Shown here: positions 9,601 through 19,601 of the stretch, one piece after another
How positions within the stretch are numbered: position 1 is the stretch's first letter
Layout: the number at the start of each line of letters is the position of its first letter
Assembly (NCBI GenBank): GCA_050014195.1
Contig: JBEKDT010000009.1
Span: 64,001 to 128,000 of the forward strand
Direction of reading: 5' to 3'
DNA: 64,000 nt
DNA from: Desulfomonilia bacterium
Lineage (GTDB): Bacteria; Desulfobacterota; Desulfomonilia; UBA1062
Notes under the pieces: model-generated
What the model saw: only the letters and a program-made list of their open reading frames with translations
Database searches by the model: none
Told to the model about the DNA's origin: nothing
Translations under genes and position numbers: made by a program

Positions 9601-10869
9601 TCACTGACCAATCTTGTTTATTGGTTTCCAATCACATAAAATTTGAAGATCACCCCAACGACCACTTTGTAACACATTTGCCAACGACACATTTTCCTCA
9701 ATAACAAATGCAATTACATTGATAAGGGATTCATACGATTCCCCGCCAGGCGTGTAGAGTGCAACAGTCAGGCTGAATTCCTTTGGCATGAATATGGCTT
9801 CCGGAAATATAACGCGGGTTTGATAAACACCTTTTTGTTGTGGTAGATTTATTCCACAGTCAATAGGACTTGTTGAAAATATGGCAGAAAGTTCTCGATT
9901 ATGAACCACAAGGCCAAGTGATAGCTTGGGGCTTATGCCAGGAGTATAGAATTCAATTTCAACACCAAACTGGCTAGAAGAAGTGGGAGCAAGACATGGT
10001 GAACCATCTTTATTACATATTCTGATGTTCCGGATATGTGGTTTATCGGGGTATGGTGGAGTTCTATTCCATGAAAGTCCTGTTCTTTTATCAATTATCA
10101 TGTATTCATCAACTATCTTCTCTGTATTACCGTACCCATAAGTAGTTCCTTTATGAAGTAATAATACTTTTGAACATAGTCTGCTGATAGCAGCCATATT
10201 ATGACTGACGAATAATACTGTTCTTCCCCCCTCTGCGACGTCTCTCATTTTTCCTAAGCATTTTTGTTGAAAAGCAGCATCACCTACAGCAAGCACTTCA
10301 TCTATGATGATGATTTCCGGCTCCAGATGAGCAGCAACAGCAAAGGCCAGGCGAACATACATACCACTGGAGTAGCGTTTCACTGGTGTATCTATGTATT
10401 TCTCAACTTCTGAGAAGGCGACTATTTCATCGAACTTTTTTCTGATCTCCTCTTTGGTCATTCCGAGAATAGCACCATTAAGGAATATGTTTTCTCGGCC
10501 CGTGAGCTCAGGGTGGAAGCCGGTGCCTATTTCAAGTAGGCTGGCGATTCTCCCTTTGACCCGGCATTCGCCTGTTGTAGGGGCGGTGACTCGTGACAGA
10601 ATTTTAAGCAGCGTACTCTTGCCTGCGCCGTTACGACCGATGATGCCCAGCACTTCACCCTGTTTAACTTCAAAGGAAACATCCTTGAGCGCCCAAATGT
10701 AGTTGTCATTGGCCATTTTCTGCGCCTGATCCACGCGAAGTGTGGGGTCGGGCCTGCCCCTGAGCATGGCCCACCAGCGATTCAGATCATGGGAAAGGGT
10801 ACCCGTACCGATGACGCCCAGGTGGTAGAATTTCGATACGTTGTCGACTTGGATGACTATATCGCTCAT
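9601..10869 (-). CDS. wzt: Polysaccharide ABC transporter ATP-binding protein with C-terminal Wzt_C-like domain
   Basis: Walker A GRNGAGKST, YSSGM signature, DEVLAVGD, about 150 aa C-terminal extension. Confidence 0.95.
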   Translation of the reverse strand: MSDIVIQVDNVSKFYHLGVIGTGTLSHDLNRWWAMLRGRPDPTLRVDQAQKMANDNYIWALKDVSFEVKQGEVLGIIGRNGAGKSTLLKILSRVTAPTTGECRVKGRIASLLEIGTGFHPELTGRENIFLNGAILGMTKEEIRKKFDEIVAFSEVEKYIDTPVKRYSSGMYVRLAFAVAAHLEPEIIIIDEVLAVGDAAFQQKCLGKMRDVAEGGRTVLFVSHNMAAISRLCSKVLLLHKGTTYGYGNTEKIVDEYMIIDKRTGLSWNRTPPYPDKPHIRNIRICNKDGSPCLAPTSSSQFGVEIEFYTPGISPKLSLGLVVHNRELSAIFSTSPIDCGINLPQQKGVYQTRVIFPEAIFMPKEFSLTVALYTPGGESYESLINVIAFVIEENVSLANVLQSGRWGDLQILCDWKPINKIGQ

Positions 10870-10872
10870 AGG

Positions 10873-11742
10873 TCAGACAGTATCCATAAAAGTCTTTTCA
10901 ACATGATTGAAGAGGAGAATGCCGAGGAAAAGAAACACAAGGGTAGCTCCGGTGCTGTAAAGAAGATACATGACACTGAATGTGCCGTTGCCAAGGAATG
11001 CATAGCGAAAGGTTTCAATCACCGGTGTCATGGGGTTGATGATTAGCAGCCAGCGGTATTTGCCAGGTACTGTTGATAAAGGATAAACAATCGGTGTTGC
11101 ATACATGAGGAGCTGGACACCGAATCCGACAAGGACTTGAAGATCACGATATCTGGTTGTCAGAGAAGATACTATGATGCCGGCGCCCAGTCCTATAGCC
11201 GCCATGACAATGAGGAGATAGGGGGTGAGGAGTATGAGAAGATTTGGATGAATCTGTGATCCCCTCGCCCCGAAATAGATCATGAAGGAAACAAAGAGCA
11301 GGAACTGGATTGCGAACTTCACTAGATTGGAAATGACCACGGACACTGGAACAGTGAGCCTTGGGAAATATACCTTACCAAAGATAGCGGCATTGGTAAC
11401 GAAGGTGCCCGATGTGCGGTTGAAGCAATCTGCAAAATAATTCCATGCAGTCAGCCCGCACATGTAAAAGAGGAATGGCGGTAGCCCATCGGTTGGAATA
11501 TCCGCAATCCTGTTGAAAATAACAGTAAATATTAAGGTGGTTAAGAGCGGGGTTATAAGATGCCACAGAGGTCCCAATATAGTTTGTTTATAGGTGGATA
11601 CAAAATCCCGCCAGACAAAGAGCATGGTCAAGTCTCTATAGCGCCAAAAATCGCCCAGGTGCAGGTCGAACCACCTGGTTTTCGGGCGGATGACCAAGTC
11701 CCAATCTTTGTTGGATTTAATGTCGGTATCTGAGTGCATCAT
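10873..11742 (-). CDS. wzm: Polysaccharide ABC transporter permease
   Basis: YKQTILGPLW, KVYFPRL, RYRDL, NPMTPVIETFR; six hydrophobic segments. Confidence 0.95.
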   Translation of the reverse strand: MMHSDTDIKSNKDWDLVIRPKTRWFDLHLGDFWRYRDLTMLFVWRDFVSTYKQTILGPLWHLITPLLTTLIFTVIFNRIADIPTDGLPPFLFYMCGLTAWNYFADCFNRTSGTFVTNAAIFGKVYFPRLTVPVSVVISNLVKFAIQFLLFVSFMIYFGARGSQIHPNLLILLTPYLLIVMAAIGLGAGIIVSSLTTRYRDLQVLVGFGVQLLMYATPIVYPLSTVPGKYRWLLIINPMTPVIETFRYAFLGNGTFSVMYLLYSTGATLVFLFLGILLFNHVEKTFMDTV

Positions 11743-11948
11743 ACGTTGGACATAATGTCTTTACAAATCTCTTTATTGGCCATAGCAGACAGCGTTCAGT
11801 GGATTATGCCTGGTGTTATTCACAGAAGAAACCTTGTTCCACTGCTCCGCAAACCCGGGTGATACCCGGGGCACCGAATAATTATGAAGGCAATGTGAAA
11901 ACATTATGCAGTGTGTAATGCTTCTGTTGGATGAGATACATATCATCT

Positions 11949-13079
11949 TCATGTGTTATTTTCCATAACCAGCTGATTGTAACTGGTTATGAATTTTCTT
12001 CCTATGGAACCCCATGAGATGGAATCTTTCATTTTCCTGCTCTTTAAGTCTAGCGACCCCTTTGGGATTGAGCCGGATAGAGCCCGGATTATCTTTTCAG
12101 CAAGATCTTTAGGATCTTTTGGTGTAAATAAGAACCCGTCTTTTTCATTACTCACAAGGGATCTGTTTGCCTCGATATCTGTTACTACAGGAGCAAGCCC
12201 GGCAGCGATTGCCTCAAGGAGGGCAGGCGAGGTTCCATCGGCAATCGCTGTGGATACATAAACGGATGCCTTCTCCATCAAGGCAGGTATCTGATCCGAA
12301 GGAACATGACCGAGGAACGCAATGTGCTCAGAAACACCGATATCATGTGCCAGCGTTTTGAGGTATGTCTCCTGCGATCCCGTGCCAGCAATGACAAATC
12401 GGGCATCAGGTATTTCCTTCATAACGAGGGGAACACCTCGAATTAATGTCTCGACATCATAAACGGGTTCAAGACTTCGGGTATAGACAACGGTCTTTGA
12501 GCTTCGATCGGGCATAATGTTAAAAAACAGTTCATCAACACCCATGGGGATGATCTCTGAGTCCGTGAGTATCTTCCTGCTCCTCATGCTTGAGGAAACT
12601 ACTATTGTCTTGCCGGAGAGCTTAACTGCGAGATCAAAGAGTGCCCGCACAGGTTGTTTCTCGCTTATGCGAAGATCCAAGCCATGTACCGTATTAATGA
12701 CTGGTATATGTGTCAGTCGGCCTGCTATGGCAGCGATCAGGCCTGTGGGGACTATCCAATTGCCGTGGATCACATCGGGTTTATGTGTTGAAATGAGACG
12801 GAGTGCCTTAATCAGCCCGGACACCATATAGATGGCCATGGGGATCACGGGGATTGAATCCATCTGGTTCAGTTGTTTGTTGCTGCTTGGAAACCAGAAA
12901 CGATAGACCTTAATACCTCCGTCCTCCTCGAAATAGTCACTCTCCTTAAGAATTTTCGGGGTGAGAACCACAACTTCCAGTTCATTTTTTATAAGTTCAA
13001 GGCAGAGTTTTCTGATGAAATTCCCCCTCTGTGAACCCGGGAAATCGGGATAGGATGTTGTTACCAGAAGCACTTTCAT
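11949..13079 (-). CDS. Glycosyltransferase family 4
   Basis: MKVLLVTTSYP; DGTSPALLEAIAAG. Confidence 0.9.
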   Translation of the reverse strand: MKVLLVTTSYPDFPGSQRGNFIRKLCLELIKNELEVVVLTPKILKESDYFEEDGGIKVYRFWFPSSNKQLNQMDSIPVIPMAIYMVSGLIKALRLISTHKPDVIHGNWIVPTGLIAAIAGRLTHIPVINTVHGLDLRISEKQPVRALFDLAVKLSGKTIVVSSSMRSRKILTDSEIIPMGVDELFFNIMPDRSSKTVVYTRSLEPVYDVETLIRGVPLVMKEIPDARFVIAGTGSQETYLKTLAHDIGVSEHIAFLGHVPSDQIPALMEKASVYVSTAIADGTSPALLEAIAAGLAPVVTDIEANRSLVSNEKDGFLFTPKDPKDLAEKIIRALSGSIPKGSLDLKSRKMKDSISWGSIGRKFITSYNQLVMENNT

Positions 13080-13287
13080 TGGAGATGTCCTATACCAATT
13101 TGGGGTGTATGCACAAGGGGGCAGCTTCAAGCAATGTGTCATTGCAAATCAGAATTCAGGGGATGGCAAGTTTCATGGGAAAAGGGGATTATTCATGAAG
13201 CTCCTCGCAGCAAGCTTAAGCGGTATGTTGGGAATATTTTCTATTCCTCTCTCTTGGTAATGCTGTATGACAAACATACTAAACATG

Positions 13288-13317
13288 TTGACAATAGCTT
13301 GCATGGGGTGAGATAAT
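13288..13317 (+). promoter_or_regulatory. Putative sigma70 promoter for the CoA-transferase operon
   Basis: TTGACA (13288) followed by an 18-nt spacer and TGnGATAAT (extended -10). Confidence 0.5.
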
Positions 13318-13503
13318 ACCACAAGATATGTTGTGTTGTTTTCATAGGTAATACAGCGGCATGCATGGGATTGGTTTCCTAAGGATTTATCGGCCTTGTG
13401 CTTCTTTTGACAGTGATTCTCCATCACGAGATCAAGGCGCTGATTCGGAATTGGTTTTTATAAGGGCAGGTTCACTACGGTAAAGGCAGGTCTAAAGATT
13501 GGT

Positions 13504-14700
13504 ATGGAACCTTTATTGTCAGGCATCAAGATCCTCGATTTCACCTATCTCCTCCCAGGGCCTTTTGCCACCATGATCCTTTCCGACCTTGGGGCAGAAG
13601 TGCTCCGTGTGGAGTCGCACACAAGGATGGACATGGCCCGTCTCGCCCCGCCTTATGTGGATAAGGACGGTACGATCTCGTGTATGCACGCCTATCTCAA
13701 CCGGAACAAGAGGTCCATCGCGCTTGATCTCAAGTTTAAGGAGAGCATTGCACTCATCAAGCGTCTCATCGCAGAAAAGGGCTATGATATCGTAATCGAG
13801 CAGTTCCGGCCGGGTGCCATGGGGCGTCTCGGACTCTCTTATGAGATATTGTCCGGAATCAATCCCGGTTTGATTTACTGCTCCATTACCGGGTACGGTC
13901 AGACCGGACCGATGCGCGACAGGGCCGGACACGACATCAACTACCTCGCCCTGTCGGGCGTTATGAGCTATTCCGGGACAAAGGATGGCGGGCCCAGCCT
14001 CATGGGGATCCAGGTGGCGGATGTGGGCTCGGGATCAAATAATGCGGCGATAGGCCTATTGGCTGCCATTGTCCACCGGATGAAGACGGGCAAGGGCCAG
14101 TACATAGATGTATCCATGACCGACGGCGTGTTCCCGTATCATGTGGTAAGCGGTTTGGGAAGCCTTGTGGGTGCACCTGAACCGGGTTATGAGACCGAGA
14201 TCCTCAATGGTGGATCGCTCTATGGTTTTTACGAAACGTCAGACGGAAAGTATCTTTCCTTCGGTGGTCTCGAACCGCAGTTCCTCAGTGCATTCCTGAA
14301 TGCCTTGGGGCTCCCCGAGTATATACCCAGGCTCATGGAGCCTGACTTGACCGAAGAGCTGAGGCGGCGGGTATCTGATGTCATCCGTTCACAAGATCTC
14401 TCACACTGGGAAAGTGTGTTCAAGGACGTGGATGCCTGTGTTGAACCGGTGCTCACGGTCCTGGAGGCCGCATCGAGCGAGCATGCCAAGGCACGCGAGC
14501 TTGTTGTCGAGGTGCCCGGACCCGATGGAGTCCCCATCAGGCAGATCGCCTACCCCATAAGGTTTTCAAACTACAAACCCGAGTACCTGCGCGCAGGACC
14601 TGCCCTGGGGCAGGATACACGAGATGTCTTGAATGCACTCGGTCTGTCCGAGGCTGAAATAGCGGATTTAAAATCAAAGGGAATCATTAACGGTGCGTAG
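13504..14700 (+). CDS. Family III (CaiB/BaiF) CoA-transferase / acyl-CoA racemase family
   Basis: LPGPFATMILSDLGAEV, LNRNKRSIALDLK, EQFRPG, GYGQTGP, GHDINY. Confidence 0.93.
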   Translation: MEPLLSGIKILDFTYLLPGPFATMILSDLGAEVLRVESHTRMDMARLAPPYVDKDGTISCMHAYLNRNKRSIALDLKFKESIALIKRLIAEKGYDIVIEQFRPGAMGRLGLSYEILSGINPGLIYCSITGYGQTGPMRDRAGHDINYLALSGVMSYSGTKDGGPSLMGIQVADVGSGSNNAAIGLLAAIVHRMKTGKGQYIDVSMTDGVFPYHVVSGLGSLVGAPEPGYETEILNGGSLYGFYETSDGKYLSFGGLEPQFLSAFLNALGLPEYIPRLMEPDLTEELRRRVSDVIRSQDLSHWESVFKDVDACVEPVLTVLEAASSEHAKARELVVEVPGPDGVPIRQIAYPIRFSNYKPEYLRAGPALGQDTRDVLNALGLSEAEIADLKSKGIINGA

Positions 14701-14726
14701 AATACCGTGAAAGGGGGGAGTAAGGT

Positions 14727-16184
14727 ATGGTTGGTATCACAGCGTATGGAGGATACATACCTCGCTATCGCTTAAGCCGGATGCTTATCATTCAGAACAT
14801 GGCGTGGTATTTCCCGGTGATCATGGCCGTAGCGGGAGGGGAAAAGGCGATTGCCAACTGGGATGAGGATGCCCTCAGCATGGCCGTGGCTGCAGCCTAT
14901 GATTGTATGGCGGGTAAGGACCGGAAAAAGCTGGACGGCATCTACCTTGCATCAACGACCCTGCCGTTTGCCGACAGGCTCAACGCAGGCATTGTTGCTG
15001 CAGCGCTGAATGCACAGGAAAACGGGGTAGCGAATGCAGACTTCAGCTCATGCCTCAAGGCAGGAACTATTGCAGCCATGGCGGCCGTCAATGCGGTTCA
15101 GGCAGGTGACAAGAACAATATACTCGTGGTAGCCACCGACCAGCGTAGGACCAAGATGGCAACCATGCTGGAGATGTTCTATGGCGACGGTGCGGCTGCA
15201 CTGCTCTTCGGCAACAAGGACGTGATCGCGGAGTTCAAGGGCAGTTACTCCGTAAGCTGCGACTTTACCGACCACTATAAAGGCTATGGCAAGGAATTTG
15301 ATTATGGCTGGGAAGAACGCTGGGTCAGGGATGAGGGTTACGGCAAAATCATCCCTGAGGCCATCAAGGGGTTCTTCAAGAAAACGGGTATGTCCATGGC
15401 GGATATCGCCAAGGTTATATACCCATGCTACTTCACGGGAACGCATAAATCCATAGCCAAGGGTCTCGGCATAGATCCCTCGAAGCTCCAGGATAACCTC
15501 CATGGGATATGCGGAGATACGGGCACGGCACATTCGCTTATCATGTTCGCTGCTGCCCTGGAAGATGCCAAGCCCGGCGACAAACTTCTGCTCGCAAGCT
15601 TCGGTCAGGGCTGTGATGTGCTCTGTTTCGAGGCAACCGACAAAATCAAAAATTACAAGCCCGCCAAAGGCATCAAAGGACACCTTGCCGCCAAGGTCGA
15701 CTTTACCAATTACCTGAAATTCACCAAGTTCAGAGATCTCATAACCGCAGACCTCGGCATCAGGGGTGAGGCAAACCCCAACACCTCCCTGACAGCGCTG
15801 TGGCGGAAGAAGAAGATGATTTTGGGATTTACGGGACTCAAGTGCACCAAGTGCGGCACACCCCAGTTCCCGCCCATGCCTATGTGCGTGAACCCGGCCT
15901 GCCATACCGCGGGACAGTTCGTTGACTATGAATTTGCAAACAAACCGGGAAAGGTGGAGATGTTCACGGGTGACCTGCTCTCTCCTTCGGTTGATCCGCC
16001 TGCCGTCTATGGCATGGTCTCTTTCGAGGGTGGCGGTAGGGCCTTTGTGGATTTCACCGATTGTGACATGAACCAGGTCAAGGTGGGCATGCCTATAAAG
16101 ATGTCCTTCAGGCGTAGATCAAAGGACCAGATGAGGGGCTTTACCGGATATTTCTGGAAGGCCGTGCCCCAGGTGGCGGGTTAA
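14727..16184 (+). CDS. HMG-CoA-synthase-like domain fused to a Zn-ribbon/OB-fold (DUF35) domain
   Basis: GITAYGGYIPRYR, DEDALSMA, GDGAAA, GDTGTAH; C-terminal CTKCG...CVNPAC and OB-fold ending YFWKAVP. Confidence 0.88.
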   Translation: MVGITAYGGYIPRYRLSRMLIIQNMAWYFPVIMAVAGGEKAIANWDEDALSMAVAAAYDCMAGKDRKKLDGIYLASTTLPFADRLNAGIVAAALNAQENGVANADFSSCLKAGTIAAMAAVNAVQAGDKNNILVVATDQRRTKMATMLEMFYGDGAAALLFGNKDVIAEFKGSYSVSCDFTDHYKGYGKEFDYGWEERWVRDEGYGKIIPEAIKGFFKKTGMSMADIAKVIYPCYFTGTHKSIAKGLGIDPSKLQDNLHGICGDTGTAHSLIMFAAALEDAKPGDKLLLASFGQGCDVLCFEATDKIKNYKPAKGIKGHLAAKVDFTNYLKFTKFRDLITADLGIRGEANPNTSLTALWRKKKMILGFTGLKCTKCGTPQFPPMPMCVNPACHTAGQFVDYEFANKPGKVEMFTGDLLSPSVDPPAVYGMVSFEGGGRAFVDFTDCDMNQVKVGMPIKMSFRRRSKDQMRGFTGYFWKAVPQVAG

Positions 16185-16195
16185 GGAGGTGAGCC

Positions 16196-17404
16196 ATGGC
16201 AAGTGGAATAAGAGATAAAGTAGCCATCTTGGGTATGGGGTGCTCGAGGTTCGGTGAGCGGTGGAACGACAGCCCTGAAGACCTGATGGTAGAGGCATTC
16301 CAGGAATGCATCGCCGATGCCGGTATTGAAAAGAAGGAGATCCAGGCTGCGTGGATGGGGGTGTGTTTCGATGAGATAAATGTAGGAAAGAGCGCACTAT
16401 CTGCATCGCTCGCCCTGCGTTTGCCCAACATAGCGGTAACCCGTGTCGAGAACTTCTGTGCAAGCGGCACGGAATCCTTCAGAGGAGCGGTCTATGCAGT
16501 TGCCTCCGGAGCCTGCGATATCGCCCTGGCCCTTGGGGTGGAGAAGCTCAAGGATATCGGTTATGGCGGTCTGCCGGAGTTCAGCTCGGCACTCGGCATC
16601 GCCAACTCGCTCTGGTTCCCGAACCTGACGGCACCGGGCGGGTTTGCTCTGCTGGCCACTGGGTATGCGGCAAAATATGGCATTGATATTCAAGAGGTAA
16701 AGAAGGCAATGGCCCATGTCTCAGTCAAGAGCCACGCCAATGGCGCATTGAATCCCAAGGCCCATCTGCGAAGACCGGTCACCGAAGAGCAGGTCTTGCT
16801 CTCACCCATGATCGCGTTTCCTTTGGGGCTCTTTGACTGCTGCGGCGTGAGTGACGGAGCAGCCTGTGCCATTGTGACCACACCCGAGATCGCCAAATCC
16901 CTCGGCAAAAAGGACATCATCTCGGTCAAAGCGCTCCAATTGGCGCTCAGCAATGGAACCGAGTTGTGTTTCAACGACTGGGATGGTGCCCACTTCATTA
17001 CCACAACCAAGGCAAGCACGGCTGCTTACAATGAGGCAGGTATCAAGAACCCCAGGGAGGAGATCAACATGATGGAGGTGCACGACTGCTTCTCCATCAC
17101 CGAACTCGTTACCATGGAAGACCTCCACATCTCCGAACGGGGCAAGGCACCCAAGGATATCATGGACGGCTTCTTCGACCGTGACGGCAAGATCCCATGC
17201 CAGATCGACGGCGGCCTCAAGTGCTTCGGCCACCCAATCGGTGCATCGGGCTTAAGGATGCTCTACGAGATGTATCTCCAGCTTTTGGGCCGTGCGGAAC
17301 AGAGGCAGCTCAAGAACCCGAGATATGGCCTTACCCATAATCTTGGGGGGTTCCCCATGATGAATATCTGCAGCATTGCCATTGTTGGCAGATATGGAAA
17401 TTAG
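16196..17404 (+). CDS. Thiolase-family protein (SCP2-thiolase/Ltp-like)
   Basis: ENFCASG (nucleophile Cys), EVHDCF, GHPIGASG, HNLGG. Confidence 0.92.
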   Translation: MASGIRDKVAILGMGCSRFGERWNDSPEDLMVEAFQECIADAGIEKKEIQAAWMGVCFDEINVGKSALSASLALRLPNIAVTRVENFCASGTESFRGAVYAVASGACDIALALGVEKLKDIGYGGLPEFSSALGIANSLWFPNLTAPGGFALLATGYAAKYGIDIQEVKKAMAHVSVKSHANGALNPKAHLRRPVTEEQVLLSPMIAFPLGLFDCCGVSDGAACAIVTTPEIAKSLGKKDIISVKALQLALSNGTELCFNDWDGAHFITTTKASTAAYNEAGIKNPREEINMMEVHDCFSITELVTMEDLHISERGKAPKDIMDGFFDRDGKIPCQIDGGLKCFGHPIGASGLRMLYEMYLQLLGRAEQRQLKNPRYGLTHNLGGFPMMNICSIAIVGRYGN

Positions 17405-17415
17405 GAGGTTAAGCC

Positions 17416-17865
17416 ATGGCAGATCATTCCAAGGTCGGGAAAGAATATGCTGCGGTCCAGTGGGAAGTGGAGCGTGGCAAGATCCGGGAGCTTGCGAGGG
17501 CCATAGGTGACCCTGATCCCATCTACGTCAGCAAGGAAGCCGCTATAAAGGAGGGGTACAAGGATTCTCCGGCATCGGCCACATTCCTCACCGTGCCCAT
17601 GATGTGGTCATCATCCATGCCAGTGGTGATCACGGACCTGGCCATCAACTTTGCGATGTTGCTGCATGGAGAGGAAGAATATGAATACTACCAGGAGATC
17701 TATCCCGGCGATGTCATCACTGCATCGCCCAAGGTGGCGGCCATCGAAGAGAAGACCAGCAAGTCGGGAAAGAAGATGGACATGGTGACTATCGAGCTTC
17801 TCTATGTAAATCAGCGGGGCGAGAAGGTTGCAAAGGCCAAGTCGCTCCTCGTAGAGAGAAAGTAG
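17416..17865 (+). CDS. MaoC-like hot-dog dehydratase subunit (HadA-like)
   Basis: VERGKIRELARAIGD, LLHGEEEYEY. Confidence 0.85.
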   Translation: MADHSKVGKEYAAVQWEVERGKIRELARAIGDPDPIYVSKEAAIKEGYKDSPASATFLTVPMMWSSSMPVVITDLAINFAMLLHGEEEYEYYQEIYPGDVITASPKVAAIEEKTSKSGKKMDMVTIELLYVNQRGEKVAKAKSLLVERK

Positions 17866-17874
17866 GAGGACACT

Positions 17875-18309
17875 ATGGCGAAAGAGATTTACTTTGAAGA
17901 TGTCGCAATCGGTACAGAGATGCCCAAGCTCGTCAAGAGCCCCCTGCAGAAGCTCAATCATGTCATCTATGCCGGGGCCTCGGGTGACTTCAATCCGCTG
18001 CACACCGACGATGATTTTGCAAAGGCAGTGGGGATGAAGGATGGGATGATCACCCATGGCATGCTTGTCATGGGATTTGTCGGGCAGGCTGTCACGAACT
18101 GGATACCCAAGAAAAACCTCAAACGGTTCGGGGTGAGATTTGCCGGCATGACCAAGCCGGGTAACACCATCACCGTTATTGGAAAGGTTATAGACAAAAA
18201 GAGCCAAGGTGGTGTTAACCTTATCACCTGCGAGGTTACTGCTGTAGATGAAACAGGAGATGTGAAAGTAACGGGGAGTTTTGACGCGGCCCTTCCGACA
18301 AAGGGCTGA
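17875..18309 (+). CDS. MaoC-family (R)-specific enoyl-CoA hydratase (catalytic subunit)
   Basis: YAGASGDFNPLH hydratase-2 motif, THGML. Confidence 0.9.
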   Translation: MAKEIYFEDVAIGTEMPKLVKSPLQKLNHVIYAGASGDFNPLHTDDDFAKAVGMKDGMITHGMLVMGFVGQAVTNWIPKKNLKRFGVRFAGMTKPGNTITVIGKVIDKKSQGGVNLITCEVTAVDETGDVKVTGSFDAALPTKG

Positions 18310-18338
18310 TTTCAAGCATACTTCAGGAGGATAAAGAT

Positions 18339-19247
18339 ATGGCGAAGATCGATTTTTCAGGAAGGGTCGCAATAGTAACCGGTGCCGGTGCAGGCCTGGG
18401 GAGGCAGTATGCCCTTGAGCTTGCGAAACGGGGTGCCAAGATCGTGGTGAACGACCTCGGGGGCAGCCGTGACGGTGTGGGTCATAGCGATGCTGCGGCG
18501 AACAAGGTTGTGGATGAGATCAAGGCTTTTGGCGGCCAGGCTGTTCCGAACTATGACAACGTAGCCACTGCCCAGGGTGGTGAGAACATCACCAAGACCG
18601 CCGTGGAGGCCTTCGGCAAGGTGGACATTCTCATCAACAATGCAGGGATCTTGAGGGACAAGACCTTCAACAAGATGGAAGAGGAGAATTGGGATACGGT
18701 CATGGCCGTACATTTAAGGGGTGCATACTGCGTGTCCAAGCCGGCCTTCGTGAATATGAGGGAGAACGGTTATGGCAGGATCATCATGACCACATCGGGC
18801 GCAGGCCTGTTCGGCAACTTCGGGCAGAGTAACTACGCTTCCGCCAAGATGGGACTTGTCGGGCTCACCAACGTGCTCAAGCTTGAAGGTGCCAAGTACA
18901 ATATCAAGACCAATGTGATCGTCCCTGTGGCCGCTTCCCGCCTTACCGAGGATGTTCTGCCTCCGCAGCTCTTTGAAAAGATGAAGCCCGATTTCATTAC
19001 ACCGGCGGTGCTCTATATGTGTTCAGAACAGTGCCAGGACTCAGGCATGATCATCAATGCGACACTGGGCTACTACAGCCGCTCTGCAGTGGTGACCGGC
19101 CCCGGGACTTTCCTCTCCGACGGCCATAGGGTGCCGGAGCCCGAAGAAATCATGGAGGCCTGGAGCAAGATCAAGAGCCTTGAGAACCCGAAATATTTCG
19201 ATCAGCTCCCGGAGATGTTCGCCGTTCTGGGGCCGCTGCTTCAGTAG
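18339..19247 (+). CDS. SDR oxidoreductase, MFE-2-like 3-hydroxyacyl-CoA dehydrogenase
   Basis: TGAGAGLG, VVNDLG, NNAGILRD, GNFGQSNYASAK. Confidence 0.9.
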   Translation: MAKIDFSGRVAIVTGAGAGLGRQYALELAKRGAKIVVNDLGGSRDGVGHSDAAANKVVDEIKAFGGQAVPNYDNVATAQGGENITKTAVEAFGKVDILINNAGILRDKTFNKMEEENWDTVMAVHLRGAYCVSKPAFVNMRENGYGRIIMTTSGAGLFGNFGQSNYASAKMGLVGLTNVLKLEGAKYNIKTNVIVPVAASRLTEDVLPPQLFEKMKPDFITPAVLYMCSEQCQDSGMIINATLGYYSRSAVVTGPGTFLSDGHRVPEPEEIMEAWSKIKSLENPKYFDQLPEMFAVLGPLLQ

Positions 19248-19289
19248 ATACTATTTATATGGATTGAGGATTTTCTCTTAAAAAAGGGA

Positions 19290-19332
19290 CCCCTCACCCC
19301 AACCCTCTCCCCATAATAAATGGGGAGAGGGG
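19290..19332 (+). repeat. REP-like GC-rich palindromic element (CCCCTCACCCCAACCCTCTCCCC...GGGGAGAGGG)
   Basis: Hairpin CCCTCTCCCCAT-aataa-ATGGGGAGAGGG just downstream of the SDR gene; may act as a terminator. Confidence 0.75.
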
Positions 19333-19379
19333 ATGAAAGCACCAGGAAACAACCAGAAAGATGCCCCTTTCCACCTTCC

Positions 19380-19601
19380 GAGGCTGTTTCGTAATAATCC
19401 GAGTGCAGCATAATTCCATTTCTAAATCAAAGATGATATCGAGGAGGCAAGGAAGAGGCGACGCAGGCGTACTTTAATCGTACGTCGAGGAGACGATGAC
19501 GAAGCCGACAAAGATAGCGCTCTGATTGAGAATTGGAATAACAGGCTATATGCGCTGTTATCCGTAGATAAAACTTGTCACAAACTATGCGATTCAGGCT
19601 C
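19380..19601. mobile_element. Non-autonomous MITE-like element
   Basis: Imperfect TIRs GAGGCTGTTTCG / CGATTCAGGCTC; internal inverted repeat 19413-19432 / 19520-19539; flanking imperfect 15-bp direct repeats CCCTTTCCACCTTCC / CCCTCTCCACCTTCT. Confidence 0.65.
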
